Assembly (NCBI GenBank): GCA_964632435.1
Contig: CAZWEJ010000001.1
Coordinates: forward strand, 1,052 to 65,051
Length of the DNA stretch: 64,000 bases
Source: an uncultured Candidatus Saccharimonadales bacterium
GTDB taxonomy: Bacteria; Patescibacteriota; Saccharimonadia; UBA4664; SCTI01
Reading direction: 5' to 3'
Shown: positions 40,253 to 50,726 of the stretch, in pieces
Layout of the letters: every line of letters begins with the position of its first letter
How positions within the stretch are numbered: the first letter of the stretch is position 1
Position numbers and translations under genes: made by a program
The notes under the pieces: generated by a model
What the model was told of the DNA's origin: nothing
What the model saw: the letters and a program-made list of their open reading frames with translations, nothing else
Databases searched by the model: none

Positions 40253-41428
40253 ATGGCCGAGTTTCAACGAACTAAGCCCCACGTTAACGTCGGTACCATG
40301 GGTCACGTCGACCACGGAAAGACCACGCTAACTGCTGCCATTACCGCTGTATTGGCAAAGAAGCTACCTAGCGATATCAACAAACCTATCGCTTACGACC
40401 AAATTGATAACGCTCCAGAAGAGAAGCAGCGTGGTATCACAATCGCTACATCTCACCAGGAGTATGAGTCCGAGAAGCGACACTATGCTCACGTCGACAT
40501 GCCAGGACACGCAGACTATGTTAAGAACATGATCACTGGTGCTGCTCAGGTTGACGGTGCTATTCTCGTAGTAAGCGCTGCTGACGGCCCAATGCCTCAG
40601 ACTCGTGAGCACATCCTTCTTGCAAAGCAAGTTGGTGTTCCTTACATCCTTGTCTACATGAACAAGATGGATATGGCCGATCCAGAGCTAGCAGAGCTCG
40701 TAGAAATGGAAGTTCGTGAGCTTCTTGCAAAGCAAGGCTTCGACGAGAACTGCCCAATTGTTAAGGGTTCAGCTCTTAAGGCTCTTGAAGGCGACGCAGC
40801 TGCAGAAGACTCAATCATGGAGCTTGTTAAAGCTATGGATGAGTCAATCCCAGAGCCAAAGCGTGAGATTGATAAGCCATTCATGATGGCAATCGAAGAT
40901 GTATTCTCAATTAAGGGACGTGGTACTGTTGCTACCGGTCGAATCGACCAAGGAAAGCTCGCAGTTAACGACGAAGTTGAGATCGTTGGTATCCGCCCTA
41001 CCAAGAAAACCGTTGTAACCGGTGTTGAGATGTTCAAGAAGCTTCTTCCTGACGCTCAAGCAGGTGACAACGTTGGTGCACTTCTCCGTGGTATTGAGCG
41101 AACCGACATCGAGCGCGGTCAGGTTTTGGCCAAGCCAGGTTCAATTACTCCTCACACTGAGTTTGATGCCGAAGTATACGTTTTGAACAAAGAAGAGGGT
41201 GGTCGACACACTCCATTCTTCAAGGGCTACAAGCCTCAGTTCTACATCCGAACAACCGATGTTACCGGAGAGATCCAGTTTGAAGGTGAGATGGTTATGC
41301 CGGGTGATAACGTTCAGATGAAGGTTAAATTGATTGCTCCTATCGCCATGGAAGAAGGTCTCCGATTCGCTATCCGCGAAGGTGGACGAACCGTTGGCGC
41401 AGGTGTTGTCACAAAGATTACCAAGTAA
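40253..41428 (+). CDS. tuf: Elongation factor Tu
   Basis: [37 protein letters not shown]. Confidence 0.99.
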   Translation: MAEFQRTKPHVNVGTMGHVDHGKTTLTAAITAVLAKKLPSDINKPIAYDQIDNAPEEKQRGITIATSHQEYESEKRHYAHVDMPGHADYVKNMITGAAQVDGAILVVSAADGPMPQTREHILLAKQVGVPYILVYMNKMDMADPELAELVEMEVRELLAKQGFDENCPIVKGSALKALEGDAAAEDSIMELVKAMDESIPEPKREIDKPFMMAIEDVFSIKGRGTVATGRIDQGKLAVNDEVEIVGIRPTKKTVVTGVEMFKKLLPDAQAGDNVGALLRGIERTDIERGQVLAKPGSITPHTEFDAEVYVLNKEEGGRHTPFFKGYKPQFYIRTTDVTGEIQFEGEMVMPGDNVQMKVKLIAPIAMEEGLRFAIREGGRTVGAGVVTKITK

Positions 41429-41439
41429 CATAGATTTCA

Positions 41440-41763
41440 ATGGCTGAAAAAGACGCACCTAAACAACGAATCCGAATTAGATTAAAGGCTTACGATAACA
41501 AGGTTATCGATCAGTCGGCTAAGCAGATCCTAGATACTGCTACACGTACCGGCGCAAAGGTAGCGGGGCCAATCCCGCTGCCTACAGATCGAAATACCAC
41601 CACTGTTATTAAGAGCCCTCACATCTTTAAAAAGTCTCGAGAACAGTTCGAGATGCGGGTTCATAAGCGGCTGATTGATATCACCGAGCCGACAGCAAAA
41701 ACTGTCGACTCGCTGATGAATCTCAATCTTCCAGCTGGCGTCGACATCGAAATCAAAATGTAA
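41440..41763 (+). CDS. rpsJ: 30S ribosomal protein S10
   Basis: [32 protein letters not shown]. Confidence 0.98.
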   Translation: MAEKDAPKQRIRIRLKAYDNKVIDQSAKQILDTATRTGAKVAGPIPLPTDRNTTTVIKSPHIFKKSREQFEMRVHKRLIDITEPTAKTVDSLMNLNLPAGVDIEIKM

Positions 41764-41774
41764 CACTAGAAACT

Positions 41775-41794
41775 GCCCCGAAAGGGGCGTTTTT
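41775..41794 (+). terminator. Terminator after rpsJ
   Basis: GCCCC-GAAA-GGGGC-GTTTTT. Confidence 0.8.
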
Positions 41795-41822
41795 AGTATA
41801 AAAGTCGTGTATAATTAACCAC

Positions 41823-42158
41823 ATGGTTAAACGAACAGATTTAAACACAGTTTTTCGATGTATATCCGATCCAACCCGGAGGCACATACTTGAGCATCTC
41901 TCCGAGATGGCGAGGCCGATGAGCGTGTTGGAGCTCGCGGAACCTCACAATATGAGCCTCCCCGCTGTGTCCAAGCATCTTCGCTATCTTGAGAAGGCCG
42001 GGCTTGTGAAAAGGACCGTCAAAGGTCGTGTTCATTCTTTCGAAATTATTCAGGAGCCTCTCAAGATGGCAGAGGCGTGGGTCGTATATTACCTGCAGTG
42101 TTGGAATAAGCAGCTTGATGTTATAGAGAGTACAAAAAAGGAAAGCAGCATCTTCTAA
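41823..42158 (+). CDS. ArsR/SmtB family transcriptional regulator
   Basis: VFRCISDPTRRHIL...SLPAVSKHLRYLEKAGLV winged HTH. Confidence 0.9.
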   Translation: MVKRTDLNTVFRCISDPTRRHILEHLSEMARPMSVLELAEPHNMSLPAVSKHLRYLEKAGLVKRTVKGRVHSFEIIQEPLKMAEAWVVYYLQCWNKQLDVIESTKKESSIF

Positions 42159-42222
42159 CTTGTTATGGTTGCGTTTTGGCCTCGGTAAAGCCAAAATGAT
42201 ATCAACAAAGGGGTAGAAGTAG

Positions 42223-42726
42223 ATGGATTTTCAGGAAGCGATCATTTTTGTAAGTGCAGTCATTATTGTTGTGGCTGCTGGGGTTGTCCTTGGTGCGGTT
42301 ATACGGGGCAGGAGCATCAAGCAATCAGAGAAGGTTGGCTTAATTCAACAGCGCAAAGCGGAGTTATATTCGGAAATTATTGGCGCCCTCGACACAATAG
42401 TTGAAGACAATGATCAAAAAAAACAGTGGTTTATCCACCGATACTACCAAGCTCTAGTCTATGCGCCCGACAATGTGATTGCTTCCATTAATAGGTATCT
42501 TGATGGTGTTACAGCAATAGGAGCGGATCTCTCGCCAGACAAGATAATGGAGCTTCGCGGTAAAGCCGTAAGGTCAATGAGAGCAGATATCCAGGGATAC
42601 CTGAATGCTAAAACACGGCTTCCACTCCCTGAACTTTATCGAATAGAGGTTAAGGCGCCAGCACATCCGGCTCTAAAAGAAGATTCGAAAAAGAGTAAAC
42701 AAAAACCCGTTGCTCAGGAAAAATAG
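42223..42726 (+). CDS. Hypothetical membrane-anchored protein
   Basis: N-terminal TM helix, helical remainder. Confidence 0.65.
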   Translation: MDFQEAIIFVSAVIIVVAAGVVLGAVIRGRSIKQSEKVGLIQQRKAELYSEIIGALDTIVEDNDQKKQWFIHRYYQALVYAPDNVIASINRYLDGVTAIGADLSPDKIMELRGKAVRSMRADIQGYLNAKTRLPLPELYRIEVKAPAHPALKEDSKKSKQKPVAQEK

Positions 42727-42784
42727 TTTGCACCAGGTAAGCTTAAGAGGTATATTCAAATCAAAACCATAAAAAGAGGGAAAA

Positions 42785-42904
42785 ATGGCGGTAAAAAAAT
42801 GCACCAACAAAAACTGTAATGCGAATGTAAAGGTTTGCAAGGACAAAAGCTGTAGCGCTAAAGGCCCACACGGTCATTGTTCAAACGGGCATAAAGTAAA
42901 GTAG
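42785..42904 (+). CDS. 39-aa Cys/His-rich microprotein (not in ORF track)
   Basis: MAVKKCTNKNCNANVKVCKDKSCSAKGPHGHCSNGHKVK; GAGGG SD; promoter TTGCAC-17-TATATT. Confidence 0.7.
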   Translation: MAVKKCTNKNCNANVKVCKDKSCSAKGPHGHCSNGHKVK

Positions 42905-42911
42905 GCCTCCT

Positions 42912-43373
42912 TTGGAAAAGCGAAAGGTCAAACGACCGGCAGGCTCGACGCGACAACAGATTGTAAAGAGATACAACTCTCGGGCTTGGTATCAGCTGCC
43001 TGATTGGGCTCAACAGTTTGTTGTTAGTGCCGCTCCTTGGTTCACTGGTCTGATCGTGGCTGTCTTGACGCCTGCAGCGGCACTTGCTCTGGTATTAGGG
43101 TTCCACTCGTTACCCCTTGAAATTATTGGGGTACCTGGGACTGAGAATGATTTTGGCTTAGCTGCATTTATTCTATTAGTAAAAGTTGCTCTACTAGCGC
43201 TAGCTCTAAAGCCCCTTTACAGGAGGCAAGCGAGGGGTTGGACTTACTTAATTTTGGCATCATTTGTCCATTTGCTTCACAGTATATGGTTGCAGCACCC
43301 CGTTTCGGGAACACTTATTTGTTTAGGGACTCTATATCTGTATAGCCAGGTACGTCGCTGGTACACGCAGTAG
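42912..43373 (+). CDS. Hypothetical multi-pass membrane protein (paralog 1)
   Basis: YQLP...FVV..APW...GW...Y pattern shared with the next gene. Confidence 0.75.
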   Translation: MEKRKVKRPAGSTRQQIVKRYNSRAWYQLPDWAQQFVVSAAPWFTGLIVAVLTPAAALALVLGFHSLPLEIIGVPGTENDFGLAAFILLVKVALLALALKPLYRRQARGWTYLILASFVHLLHSIWLQHPVSGTLICLGTLYLYSQVRRWYTQ

Positions 43374-43430
43374 TCTTGCAGGTAAAAAGCATAAGCGGTA
43401 TACTTCGCTTAAGTAATAGAAGGATGCCAA

Positions 43431-43880
43431 ATGGCCACCTCAAACCCCTTAAATAGTATAGTAAGCTCTCTTGAGCCATATTTCACAACAAAATCGCCCT
43501 ATCAGCTGCCGAAGAACATCAGAGAGTTTTTAGTAAAATACATACCTTGGATTAATGTTGTCATCCTGGTAATACTGGCTCCAGGAATTTTGCTCGCCCT
43601 TGGCATAGGAACTGCAACTCTACCATTTAGTGGAATTGCAGGCGTCGACTCCGCAACAGGGTTAACCATCACCCTCCTTGCGCTTGTAATACAAGTTGTA
43701 TTGATGATCGCAGCGCTACCTGGTTTGTTCAACCGTAAAATCAGTGGTTGGAATCTTTCATTTTATGCTGTCATATTCAATCTTGCTTATAGCCTACTCA
43801 ATTTCCAGATTCTAAGTGGGCTTCTTGGGGCTTTGATCGGAGCTTACGTTCTATTCCAGATAAAGTCTTATTACAAATAG
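43431..43880 (+). CDS. Hypothetical multi-pass membrane protein (paralog 2)
   Basis: YQLPKNIREFLVKYIPW...LPGLFNRKISGW...YVLFQIKSYYK. Confidence 0.8.
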   Translation: MATSNPLNSIVSSLEPYFTTKSPYQLPKNIREFLVKYIPWINVVILVILAPGILLALGIGTATLPFSGIAGVDSATGLTITLLALVIQVVLMIAALPGLFNRKISGWNLSFYAVIFNLAYSLLNFQILSGLLGALIGAYVLFQIKSYYK

Positions 43881-43884
43881 CCTA

Positions 43885-44130
43885 ATGGCCAAGAAAAACG
43901 CTACAACCGAATATGATAGTGTTTATTTCTTAAAAATTTTAATCTATCTGATTCTTGGAACAGTTTGGCTCTCAAATGGAGAAAGTCGAACCCTGCCAGT
44001 AGGCTTAATAGTGGGTATTGTGGCTGTTCAGCACGAAAAATTACAAATTGACCGAAAAATTGAGTACGCACTATTACTAATTGGAACTATTTTAGGCCTG
44101 GTAGGCATTGGTTTAACAATAAATTTGTAG
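43885..44130 (+). CDS. Small CPR-type membrane protein
   Basis: DSVYFLKIL.YLILG..W...HEKLQIDRKIEYA. Confidence 0.7.
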   Translation: MAKKNATTEYDSVYFLKILIYLILGTVWLSNGESRTLPVGLIVGIVAVQHEKLQIDRKIEYALLLIGTILGLVGIGLTINL

Positions 44131-44157
44131 CCGCAACATAATCAATTTCTCTATCTG

Positions 44158-44299
44158 TTGACAGATGTGTCAAAACTCTGTTATATTTACTTGGTAACTT
44201 TTGCTCAATTTAGAGCTTAGAACTAGGAGTTGATCTGGTCCGTGAGCCGCGGATACCGCTCGAATCCTAGAATTTGTTTTGTTTAATATAAGGAGTGGC
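44158..44299 (+). promoter_or_regulatory. rplC-operon promoter and structured leader
   Basis: TTGACA (44158)...TG-T-TATATT (44182); nested stems CTAGGA/TCCTAG and TCCGTG/CGCGGA; SD AAGGAG. Confidence 0.6.
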
Positions 44300-44938
44300 A
44301 TGAAAGCCTTGCTCGGCCGAAAACTTGGAATGACCCAGCTGTTTGACGACAACGGCAATGTTGCGCGTGTCACTATAGTAGAGGCAGGCCCTTGCGTGGT
44401 TACTCAAGTGCGAACTGGCGAAAACGACGGCTACCAAGCTGTACAAATTGGCTTTGGTAAGCACAAAAACGCTAGCAAGCCGCAGGAAGGCCACGCTACA
44501 TTTGATGGCGTAACTCCTCGTCATATCAAAGAAGTTCGTATGGACGATACCGTTGTAAATGTAGAAGAAGTTGAAGGCGACAACAAGCTCAAGGTTGGCG
44601 ACAAGCTGGATGTCAGTATTTTTGAAGTTGGAGACAAGATCCAGGTAACTGGTACTAGTAAAGGTAAGGGGTTTGCAGGAACTGTAAAGCGTCACAACTT
44701 CAACACTGGTCCAAAAACACACGGTTCACATAATTATCGTCAACCAGGTTCAATTGGTTCAGGATACCCACAGCACGTATTCAAGGGAATTAAGATGGCC
44801 GGTCGAATGGGTGGCGAGAAGGTTACTACAAAGGGGCTCAAGATTGTCTCAGTTGATGCCGAGAACAACCTGATCGCTATAAAGGGCGCAGTTCCTGGGC
44901 CGCGTAAGTCAATCGTTATGATCCGAGGCGCGAAGTAA
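44300..44938 (+). CDS. rplC: 50S ribosomal protein L3
   Basis: GRKLGMTQ, SKGKGFAG, MAGRMGG. Confidence 0.98.
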   Translation: MKALLGRKLGMTQLFDDNGNVARVTIVEAGPCVVTQVRTGENDGYQAVQIGFGKHKNASKPQEGHATFDGVTPRHIKEVRMDDTVVNVEEVEGDNKLKVGDKLDVSIFEVGDKIQVTGTSKGKGFAGTVKRHNFNTGPKTHGSHNYRQPGSIGSGYPQHVFKGIKMAGRMGGEKVTTKGLKIVSVDAENNLIAIKGAVPGPRKSIVMIRGAK

Positions 44939-45570
44939 TGGCCCAAGCAATTATTTATTCAAAGACAGGAGCTAAGAAAGAGGCTCCAGCAAAGCTCAGC
45001 AGCAAAGTATTCGCTGTCGAAGCTAATAATGACCTTTTAAAGCAGGCTTATGAGACCTACCTAGCTAATGGTCGAGCATCAAGTGCAAAAACAAAGAGCC
45101 GTGGCGAGGTTCGTGGTGGTGGTCGTAAGCCTTGGAAGCAAAAAGGTACAGGGCGAGCGCGTGCAGGTTCAATCCGACTTCCTCACTGGAAGGGCGGTGG
45201 TGTTGCTTTTGGACCAACCGGCGAGCAAAACTACACCAAGGATATGCCAGTTAAAGCCAAGCGAACTGCTATTAGGCAAGCTCTCAGCGTTCAGGCAAAA
45301 GACAAAAAGATTGTCATTCTTGAGTCATTTACAGGCGGCGAAGGCAAGGTCAAGCCAGTTGCTCAACTCCTAGACAAAATCAATCTTGATGGAAGCGTCC
45401 TAATCGTTGTTTCCGAGAAGACGCCTGTTATTGATCGTGCAACTCGCAATCTTCCAGGAGTAAAGGTTGTTTCGGCAAAATACCTCAATGTTTTCTCAAT
45501 TCTTAACGCCGACTGGGTCGTAATGACTACTGACGCGGAAAAGATCGTAACAGAATGGCTGGAGGCGTAG
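44938..45570 (+). CDS. rplD: 50S ribosomal protein L4
   Basis: KPWKQKGTGRARAGS. Confidence 0.98.
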   Translation: MAQAIIYSKTGAKKEAPAKLSSKVFAVEANNDLLKQAYETYLANGRASSAKTKSRGEVRGGGRKPWKQKGTGRARAGSIRLPHWKGGGVAFGPTGEQNYTKDMPVKAKRTAIRQALSVQAKDKKIVILESFTGGEGKVKPVAQLLDKINLDGSVLIVVSEKTPVIDRATRNLPGVKVVSAKYLNVFSILNADWVVMTTDAEKIVTEWLEA

Positions 45571-45571
45571 C

Positions 45572-45856
45572 ATGAGCATGGCACTAGTACCACGAGTAAG
45601 CGAAAAGGCTATGGCACTTGCCGAGCAGGGAGTTTACGTATTTAACGTCCCTACAACCGCAAACAAGATTGAGGTAGCGAAGGAAGTCGAGAAGGCCTTC
45701 AACGTTAGCGTGGTTGATGTAAACATTTTGATCCATAAGGGCAAGCAAGTATCTAGGCGATACGGCAAGAATGCTGGGAAGCGCAATAATACCAAAAAAG
45801 CCATGGTTACGGTAAAGAAGGGGCAGAAAATAGCCCTGTTTGAGGAGGGCAAGTAA
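45572..45856 (+). CDS. rplW: 50S ribosomal protein L23
   Basis: PRVSEKA, ANKIEV, KKAMVT; operon order. Confidence 0.96.
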   Translation: MSMALVPRVSEKAMALAEQGVYVFNVPTTANKIEVAKEVEKAFNVSVVDVNILIHKGKQVSRRYGKNAGKRNNTKKAMVTVKKGQKIALFEEGK

Positions 45857-46692
45857 TGGCAGTTCGACTATACAAGCCAACGACTCCAGGTCGACGAGGA
45901 ATGACCTCGATCGATACAAGTCAAATTACCAAGAAGAAGCCAGAGAAGTCACTTCTTGTGCCTATGAAGGCTGGTTCCGGTCGAAACAACCAGGGTCGAA
46001 TTACCATTCGTCACCGAGGTGGAGCGGTGAAGCGCTTCTATCGATTGGTTGATTTCCGACTTGTACCTGGGTTTAGTGGCAAGATTACCGCAATTGAGTA
46101 CGACCCAAACCGCAGTGCGCACATTGCCTTGGTCGAACTAAAGAATGGCAAGAAAGCCTATATCCTTGCAGGTAATGATATGAAAGTTGGGCAGAAGATT
46201 GAAAGCGGCTCAGATGTGGAGATTCGCCGAGGCAATCGATTGCCACTTGCCAACATCCCTGTAGGTACTCAGATTTACAATATTGAGCTAGTTCTCGGCA
46301 AAGGCGGTCAAATTGCTCGTAGCGCTGGAACAAAAGCCCAGCTCGTCGCAAAAGAAGGTGAGTTTTGCCAGGTCCGACTTCCTAGTGGGGAAGTTCGTCT
46401 TGTGAATCAGAACTGCATGGCAACAATCGGTGCTGTCGGTAACGAGGCTCACCAGAACGTTAAGTATGGTAGCGCCGGTCGTCGTCGTCGAATGGGTTGG
46501 CGCCCTACCGTTCGCGGTAAGGCTATGAACCCAGTTGATCACCCTCACGGTGGTGGAGAAGGTGGTACCGATATCGGTTTGAAGCATCAGAAGACCCCTT
46601 GGGGTAAGGCAGCACTTGGTCTTAAGACCCGACGCCGCAAATTAACAGACCGCATGATTGTACGCGGACGTAAGCAAGGTAGGAGACGCTAA
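45856..46692 (+). CDS. rplB: 50S ribosomal protein L2
   Basis: IEYDPNRSA, AMNPVDHPHGGGEG. Confidence 0.99.
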   Translation: MAVRLYKPTTPGRRGMTSIDTSQITKKKPEKSLLVPMKAGSGRNNQGRITIRHRGGAVKRFYRLVDFRLVPGFSGKITAIEYDPNRSAHIALVELKNGKKAYILAGNDMKVGQKIESGSDVEIRRGNRLPLANIPVGTQIYNIELVLGKGGQIARSAGTKAQLVAKEGEFCQVRLPSGEVRLVNQNCMATIGAVGNEAHQNVKYGSAGRRRRMGWRPTVRGKAMNPVDHPHGGGEGGTDIGLKHQKTPWGKAALGLKTRRRKLTDRMIVRGRKQGRRR

Positions 46693-46968
46693 ATGAGTCG
46701 TTCACTCAAAAAAGGCCCATACGTAGATGAAAAGTTGATGAAAAAAGTCGACAAGCTTAGTGCTGGCGACAAGACGGTAATCAAGACTTGGGCTCGATCA
46801 AGCACTATCACACCTGAAATGGTTGGTTTTACTTTTGCTGTTCACAACGGACGACAACATCTTCCAGTATTCGTTACAGAGAATATGGTTGGTCACAAGT
46901 TAGGTGAGTTCTCTCCTACCCGTAAATTCCGTGGTCACGGCGGTAAGCTGGCGAAAGGTAAGAAATAA
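46693..46968 (+). CDS. rpsS: 30S ribosomal protein S19
   Basis: [20 protein letters not shown]. Confidence 0.98.
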   Translation: MSRSLKKGPYVDEKLMKKVDKLSAGDKTVIKTWARSSTITPEMVGFTFAVHNGRQHLPVFVTENMVGHKLGEFSPTRKFRGHGGKLAKGKK

Positions 46969-47345
46969 TGAACGTTCGTGCTAAAGCAAAATTCGTTGGC
47001 ACTTCACCTCGCAAAATCAGCTTGGTCGCTGCTCTTATTCGTGGCAAAAAAGTTGATGAGGCAAGAACTGTTCTCAACAACACCCAAAAGCGCGCTACCG
47101 ATCCAGTTGGCAAAGTTTTGAATAGTGCTATTGCTAATGCCGAGAACAACTTCAACTTGAGTTCGAAGAACTTGATTGTTGAGTCGGTCCTTGTCGGCCC
47201 TGGCCCAACCCTAAAGCGATTTCGCCCCCGAGCGCAGGGTCGCGCAGCTTCAATCTTAAAGCGAACTAGCCACATAACTGTGGTGTTGAAAGATTCATCA
47301 AAGGCTAAGGCAACAGACGTTAAGGCCAAGAAGGAGGCCAAATAA
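46968..47345 (+). CDS. rplV: 50S ribosomal protein L22
   Basis: SPRK, SAIANAENN, RPRAQGRA. Confidence 0.98.
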   Translation: MNVRAKAKFVGTSPRKISLVAALIRGKKVDEARTVLNNTQKRATDPVGKVLNSAIANAENNFNLSSKNLIVESVLVGPGPTLKRFRPRAQGRAASILKRTSHITVVLKDSSKAKATDVKAKKEAK

Positions 47346-47974
47346 TGGGACAGAAAGTAAATCCGCGCAGTCTGCGCCTACAAGTTGATAAAGACTGGCA
47401 GTCAAAGTGGTTTGCCAGTAAGCAGACCTATGCTGATCAGCTGGTTGAAGACGTTAAGCTTCGCCGTGCTGTCGAAGGTAAGCTCAGTCGACGCGCCGGT
47501 GTTTCTCGAGTAGACATCGAGCGATCACCAAATCTCATTACGGTCACAATTTATACATCAAAGCCAGGAGTTGTTATCGGTCGAGGTGGAAGTGGCGCCG
47601 AAGAGCTCAAAAAGCTGCTTGTTAAGATCTGCAATGCGCCCGTCAAGGTCAGCATTGAGGAGATAAAGCGCCCAGAAACCAACGCCAAATTGGTTGCCGA
47701 AAACATTGCAGGTCAGCTTGAGCGACGAATTTCATTTAGGCGAGCTATGAAAATGGCTGCCGAGAATGCAGTTAAGTCAGGCGCTAAAGGTGCAAAGATA
47801 ACCGTCGCTGGTCGTTTAAATGGCGCTGAAATGGGTCGCCGCGAAACTGTTGCTAACGGGTCAATTCCTTTGCACACTTTACGAGCAGACATTGATTACG
47901 CCCATGCTGAGGCAAAAACAACCTACGGCATCATTGGTGTCAAGGTATGGATATTTAAAGGAAACAAGTTCTAG
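47345..47974 (+). CDS. rpsC: 30S ribosomal protein S3
   Basis: MGQKVNP, PLHTLRADIDY, GVKVWI. Confidence 0.98.
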   Translation: MGQKVNPRSLRLQVDKDWQSKWFASKQTYADQLVEDVKLRRAVEGKLSRRAGVSRVDIERSPNLITVTIYTSKPGVVIGRGGSGAEELKKLLVKICNAPVKVSIEEIKRPETNAKLVAENIAGQLERRISFRRAMKMAAENAVKSGAKGAKITVAGRLNGAEMGRRETVANGSIPLHTLRADIDYAHAEAKTTYGIIGVKVWIFKGNKF

Positions 47975-47983
47975 AGGTCGATT

Positions 47984-48415
47984 ATGTTAATGCCAAAGAA
48001 GACAAAGTACAGAAAGCAGTTCAAGGGAAGAATTCCTAAGGGCCCTGCTACCCGTGGCACAGAACTAGCTTTTGGCCAGTTCGGACTACGTTCTGAGGGC
48101 ACAGAGCGAATTACCTCACGACAGATTGAGGCCGCCAGACGAGCCATGACTCGACACATCAAGCGTGGTGGTAAGGTTTGGATCCGTATCTTCCCAGATT
48201 TGCCTGTTACCAAGAAGCCTGCTGAAGTAAGCATGGGTAGCGGAAAAGGTTCAATTGACCACTACGCTGCTCGAGTACGACCAGGACGAATTATGTTTGA
48301 AATGGATGGTGTCCGCGAGGATCTAGCTCGAGAGGCAATGAGACTTGCTGGGCGTAAGTTGCCGGTTAAGACAAAGTTTGTGGTTCGCCACACTCCAGGG
48401 GAGACCTCAGAATGA
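47984..48415 (+). CDS. rplP: 50S ribosomal protein L16
   Basis: [20 protein letters not shown]. Confidence 0.98.
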   Translation: MLMPKKTKYRKQFKGRIPKGPATRGTELAFGQFGLRSEGTERITSRQIEAARRAMTRHIKRGGKVWIRIFPDLPVTKKPAEVSMGSGKGSIDHYAARVRPGRIMFEMDGVREDLAREAMRLAGRKLPVKTKFVVRHTPGETSE

Positions 48416-48621
48416 AAGTAAAAGAGATCACCCAGAAGACCGACAAGGAGTTGATGACCCTGCTAATTGACTCACGAAAGAAGCTAGCCGATGCAAAGGT
48501 GGAGCTTAGGACTAAGCAGGTAAGTAATGTTAAAGAAATACTAGCTTTGCGAAAGACCATTGCACGTGTGCTGACGGTTCAACGCGAGCGAGAGCTAACC
48601 AAGGAGGAAGCAAATGGCTAG
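48412..48621 (+). CDS. rpmC: 50S ribosomal protein L29
   Basis: [10 protein letters not shown]; operon order. Confidence 0.93.
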   Translation: MKVKEITQKTDKELMTLLIDSRKKLADAKVELRTKQVSNVKEILALRKTIARVLTVQRERELTKEEANG

Positions 48622-48862
48622 ACGACTGCGAGGAACAGTTTCCTCCAACAAAATGGATAAGACAGTAGTTGTAAAGGTAGAACGTGTTAAAGAGCACCCT
48701 ATTTACCGCAAGAAGTACACGGTGACAACAAACTTCAAGGCTCATGACGAGAAGAACTCATGCCAAGTTGGCGATCTTGTCGATATCATTGAGAGTCGCC
48801 CAATTAGCAAAGATAAGCATTGGGTAGTCGAGAAGAAGGTTACCGCTAAGGAGTTGAAGTAA
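48614..48862 (+). CDS. rpsQ: 30S ribosomal protein S17
   Basis: [23 protein letters not shown]. Confidence 0.97.
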   Translation: MARRLRGTVSSNKMDKTVVVKVERVKEHPIYRKKYTVTTNFKAHDEKNSCQVGDLVDIIESRPISKDKHWVVEKKVTAKELK

Positions 48863-49230
48863 TGGTTCAGGCCGAATCAAGATTAAAAGTAGCTGATAAC
48901 AGCGGCGCCCGCGAGGTGCTGTGTATCAAGGTGCTTGGTGGATCACGACGACGCTACGCCGGTATTGGTGACATTATCACTGCATCCGTGAAGTCTGCAG
49001 CTCCTAATGGCAACGTCAAAAAGAAAGAGGTTGTTCAGGCGGTTGTAGTACGAACTACCAAAACCACTCGACGCCCCGACGGTAGCCAGATTCGCTTTGA
49101 CGATAACGCTGTTGTCATTATTGATAAGAATAAGCAGCCTCGAGCAACCCGTGTTTTTGGACCAGTCGCTCGAGAACTTCGTGACGGTGGTTACATGAAG
49201 ATCATTTCCCTCGCGCCGGAGGTGCTCTAA
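48862..49230 (+). CDS. rplN: 50S ribosomal protein L14
   Basis: VADNSGA, FDDNAVV, SLAPEVL. Confidence 0.99.
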   Translation: MVQAESRLKVADNSGAREVLCIKVLGGSRRRYAGIGDIITASVKSAAPNGNVKKKEVVQAVVVRTTKTTRRPDGSQIRFDDNAVVIIDKNKQPRATRVFGPVARELRDGGYMKIISLAPEVL

Positions 49231-49595
49231 TGAAGATACGTAGAGAAGACCAGGTTATGGTCATCACCGGAAAAGACAAGGGCAAGACCGGCAAGGTAAC
49301 TCAGGTCATACCCAAGAGGAATGCGGTTATTGTTGACGGCTTGAATGTTGTAAAACGGCACACAAAGCCATCAGATAAGTTCCCACAGGGTGGAATTCTA
49401 GAGATCAATAAGCCAATAGATGCCTCAAAAGTTATGGTGCTTGACCCAACTTCGGGTAAGCCCGCAAGAGTTGGTTACAGGCTAACAAAGGATGGTGTTA
49501 AAGAGCGAGTCTTTAAAGAATCGCGCTACGCCAAGCCTAAAAAAGCAGAGAAAGCATCAAAGGATGCAAAAGATAAGAAAGAGAAGAAGGCCTAG
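49230..49595 (+). CDS. rplX: 50S ribosomal protein L24
   Basis: KOW motif VITGKDKGKTG. Confidence 0.96.
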   Translation: MKIRREDQVMVITGKDKGKTGKVTQVIPKRNAVIVDGLNVVKRHTKPSDKFPQGGILEINKPIDASKVMVLDPTSGKPARVGYRLTKDGVKERVFKESRYAKPKKAEKASKDAKDKKEKKA

Positions 49596-49597
49596 TC

Positions 49598-50143
49598 ATG
49601 AGTAGACTACGAGAAAAATATCAGAAAGAGATAAAGAAGCAGCTCAAGCAAGAGCTGGGCCTAGCTAATGATCATCAAATACCGAAGGTTGAGAAAGTAG
49701 TAGTCAACGCTGGAGTTGGGCGAGCAGTTGCTGATAGTAAGCATATTGAGCACGTGACCAACACAATTACTAAGGTTACCGGCCAAGCGCCTGTCACTAC
49801 TGTCGCCAAGAACAGTATTGCTGGCTTCAAGCTTCGTGACGGCAACAAGATTGGTGTAAGCGTTACCCTGCGTGGTGAGCGAATGTATGAGTTTCTTGAT
49901 AGGTTGGTTTCAATCACTATTCCTCGAATTAGAGACTTCCGTGGGATCTCAACCACGGCGTTTGATAAGCAGGGCAATTACAGCATCGGCCTTAAAGATC
50001 AAACCGTATTTCCAGAGATCAGCTATGAAGAAGCAGGAACACCCCACGGTCTTCAGGTAAACATTGTTACTACCGCTAAGACCAAAGAGGAGAGTAAAAA
50101 ATTACTAGAATTAATGGGATTTCCCTTTAGGAGGAACAGCTAA
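49598..50143 (+). CDS. rplE: 50S ribosomal protein L5
   Basis: [23 protein letters not shown]. Confidence 0.98.
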   Translation: MSRLREKYQKEIKKQLKQELGLANDHQIPKVEKVVVNAGVGRAVADSKHIEHVTNTITKVTGQAPVTTVAKNSIAGFKLRDGNKIGVSVTLRGERMYEFLDRLVSITIPRIRDFRGISTTAFDKQGNYSIGLKDQTVFPEISYEEAGTPHGLQVNIVTTAKTKEESKKLLELMGFPFRRNS

Positions 50144-50328
50144 TGGCACGAGTAGCCTTGGTCGCAAAGGCCAATAAAAAGCCAAAGTTTTCGACCCGCA
50201 AGGTCAATCGCTGCAAGCTGTGCGGTCGACCTCGAGGTTATATACGTAAGTTCGGTATGTGCCGAATTTGCTTCCGCGAGCACGCAAGCCGTGGACAGAT
50301 CCCTGGCGTAACTAAGGCCAGTTGGTAA
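50143..50328 (+). CDS. rpsN: 30S ribosomal protein S14 (Zn-binding type Z)
   Basis: [10 protein letters not shown]...CRICFRE. Confidence 0.97.
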   Translation: MARVALVAKANKKPKFSTRKVNRCKLCGRPRGYIRKFGMCRICFREHASRGQIPGVTKASW

Positions 50329-50338
50329 GGAGAGCACG

Positions 50339-50725
50339 ATGACAGATCCAATCGCAGATATGTTAACAAGAATTAGAAACGCCATCGCGGCAGGTCGCGA
50401 ATCGGTGGTAGTGCCTCATTCCAAAATTAAGGAATCACTGGCCTCAATCTTAAAGCAAAACAACTTTATTGCTGACTATCGTGTTGAAGAAGTTGATGGC
50501 TTTAAGACAATCATAATCACCGTTAAAGAAGGAGACCGGCCAGCAATTAGCTCACTACAGCGAGTAAGCAAGCCAGGTCGAAGAGTCTACACCAGCAGCA
50601 AGGATATTCCTTTGGTGCTTGGTGGACGCGGAATGGTTATCCTTTCTACCTCAGGTGGATTGATGACTGGCCGTGAGGCACGCCAAAAAGGCCTCGGCGG
50701 TGAATTAATCTGTAAGGTGTGGTAA
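50339..50725 (+). CDS. rpsH: 30S ribosomal protein S8
   Basis: [28 protein letters not shown]. Confidence 0.98.
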   Translation: MTDPIADMLTRIRNAIAAGRESVVVPHSKIKESLASILKQNNFIADYRVEEVDGFKTIIITVKEGDRPAISSLQRVSKPGRRVYTSSKDIPLVLGGRGMVILSTSGGLMTGREARQKGLGGELICKVW

Positions 50726-50726
50726 G

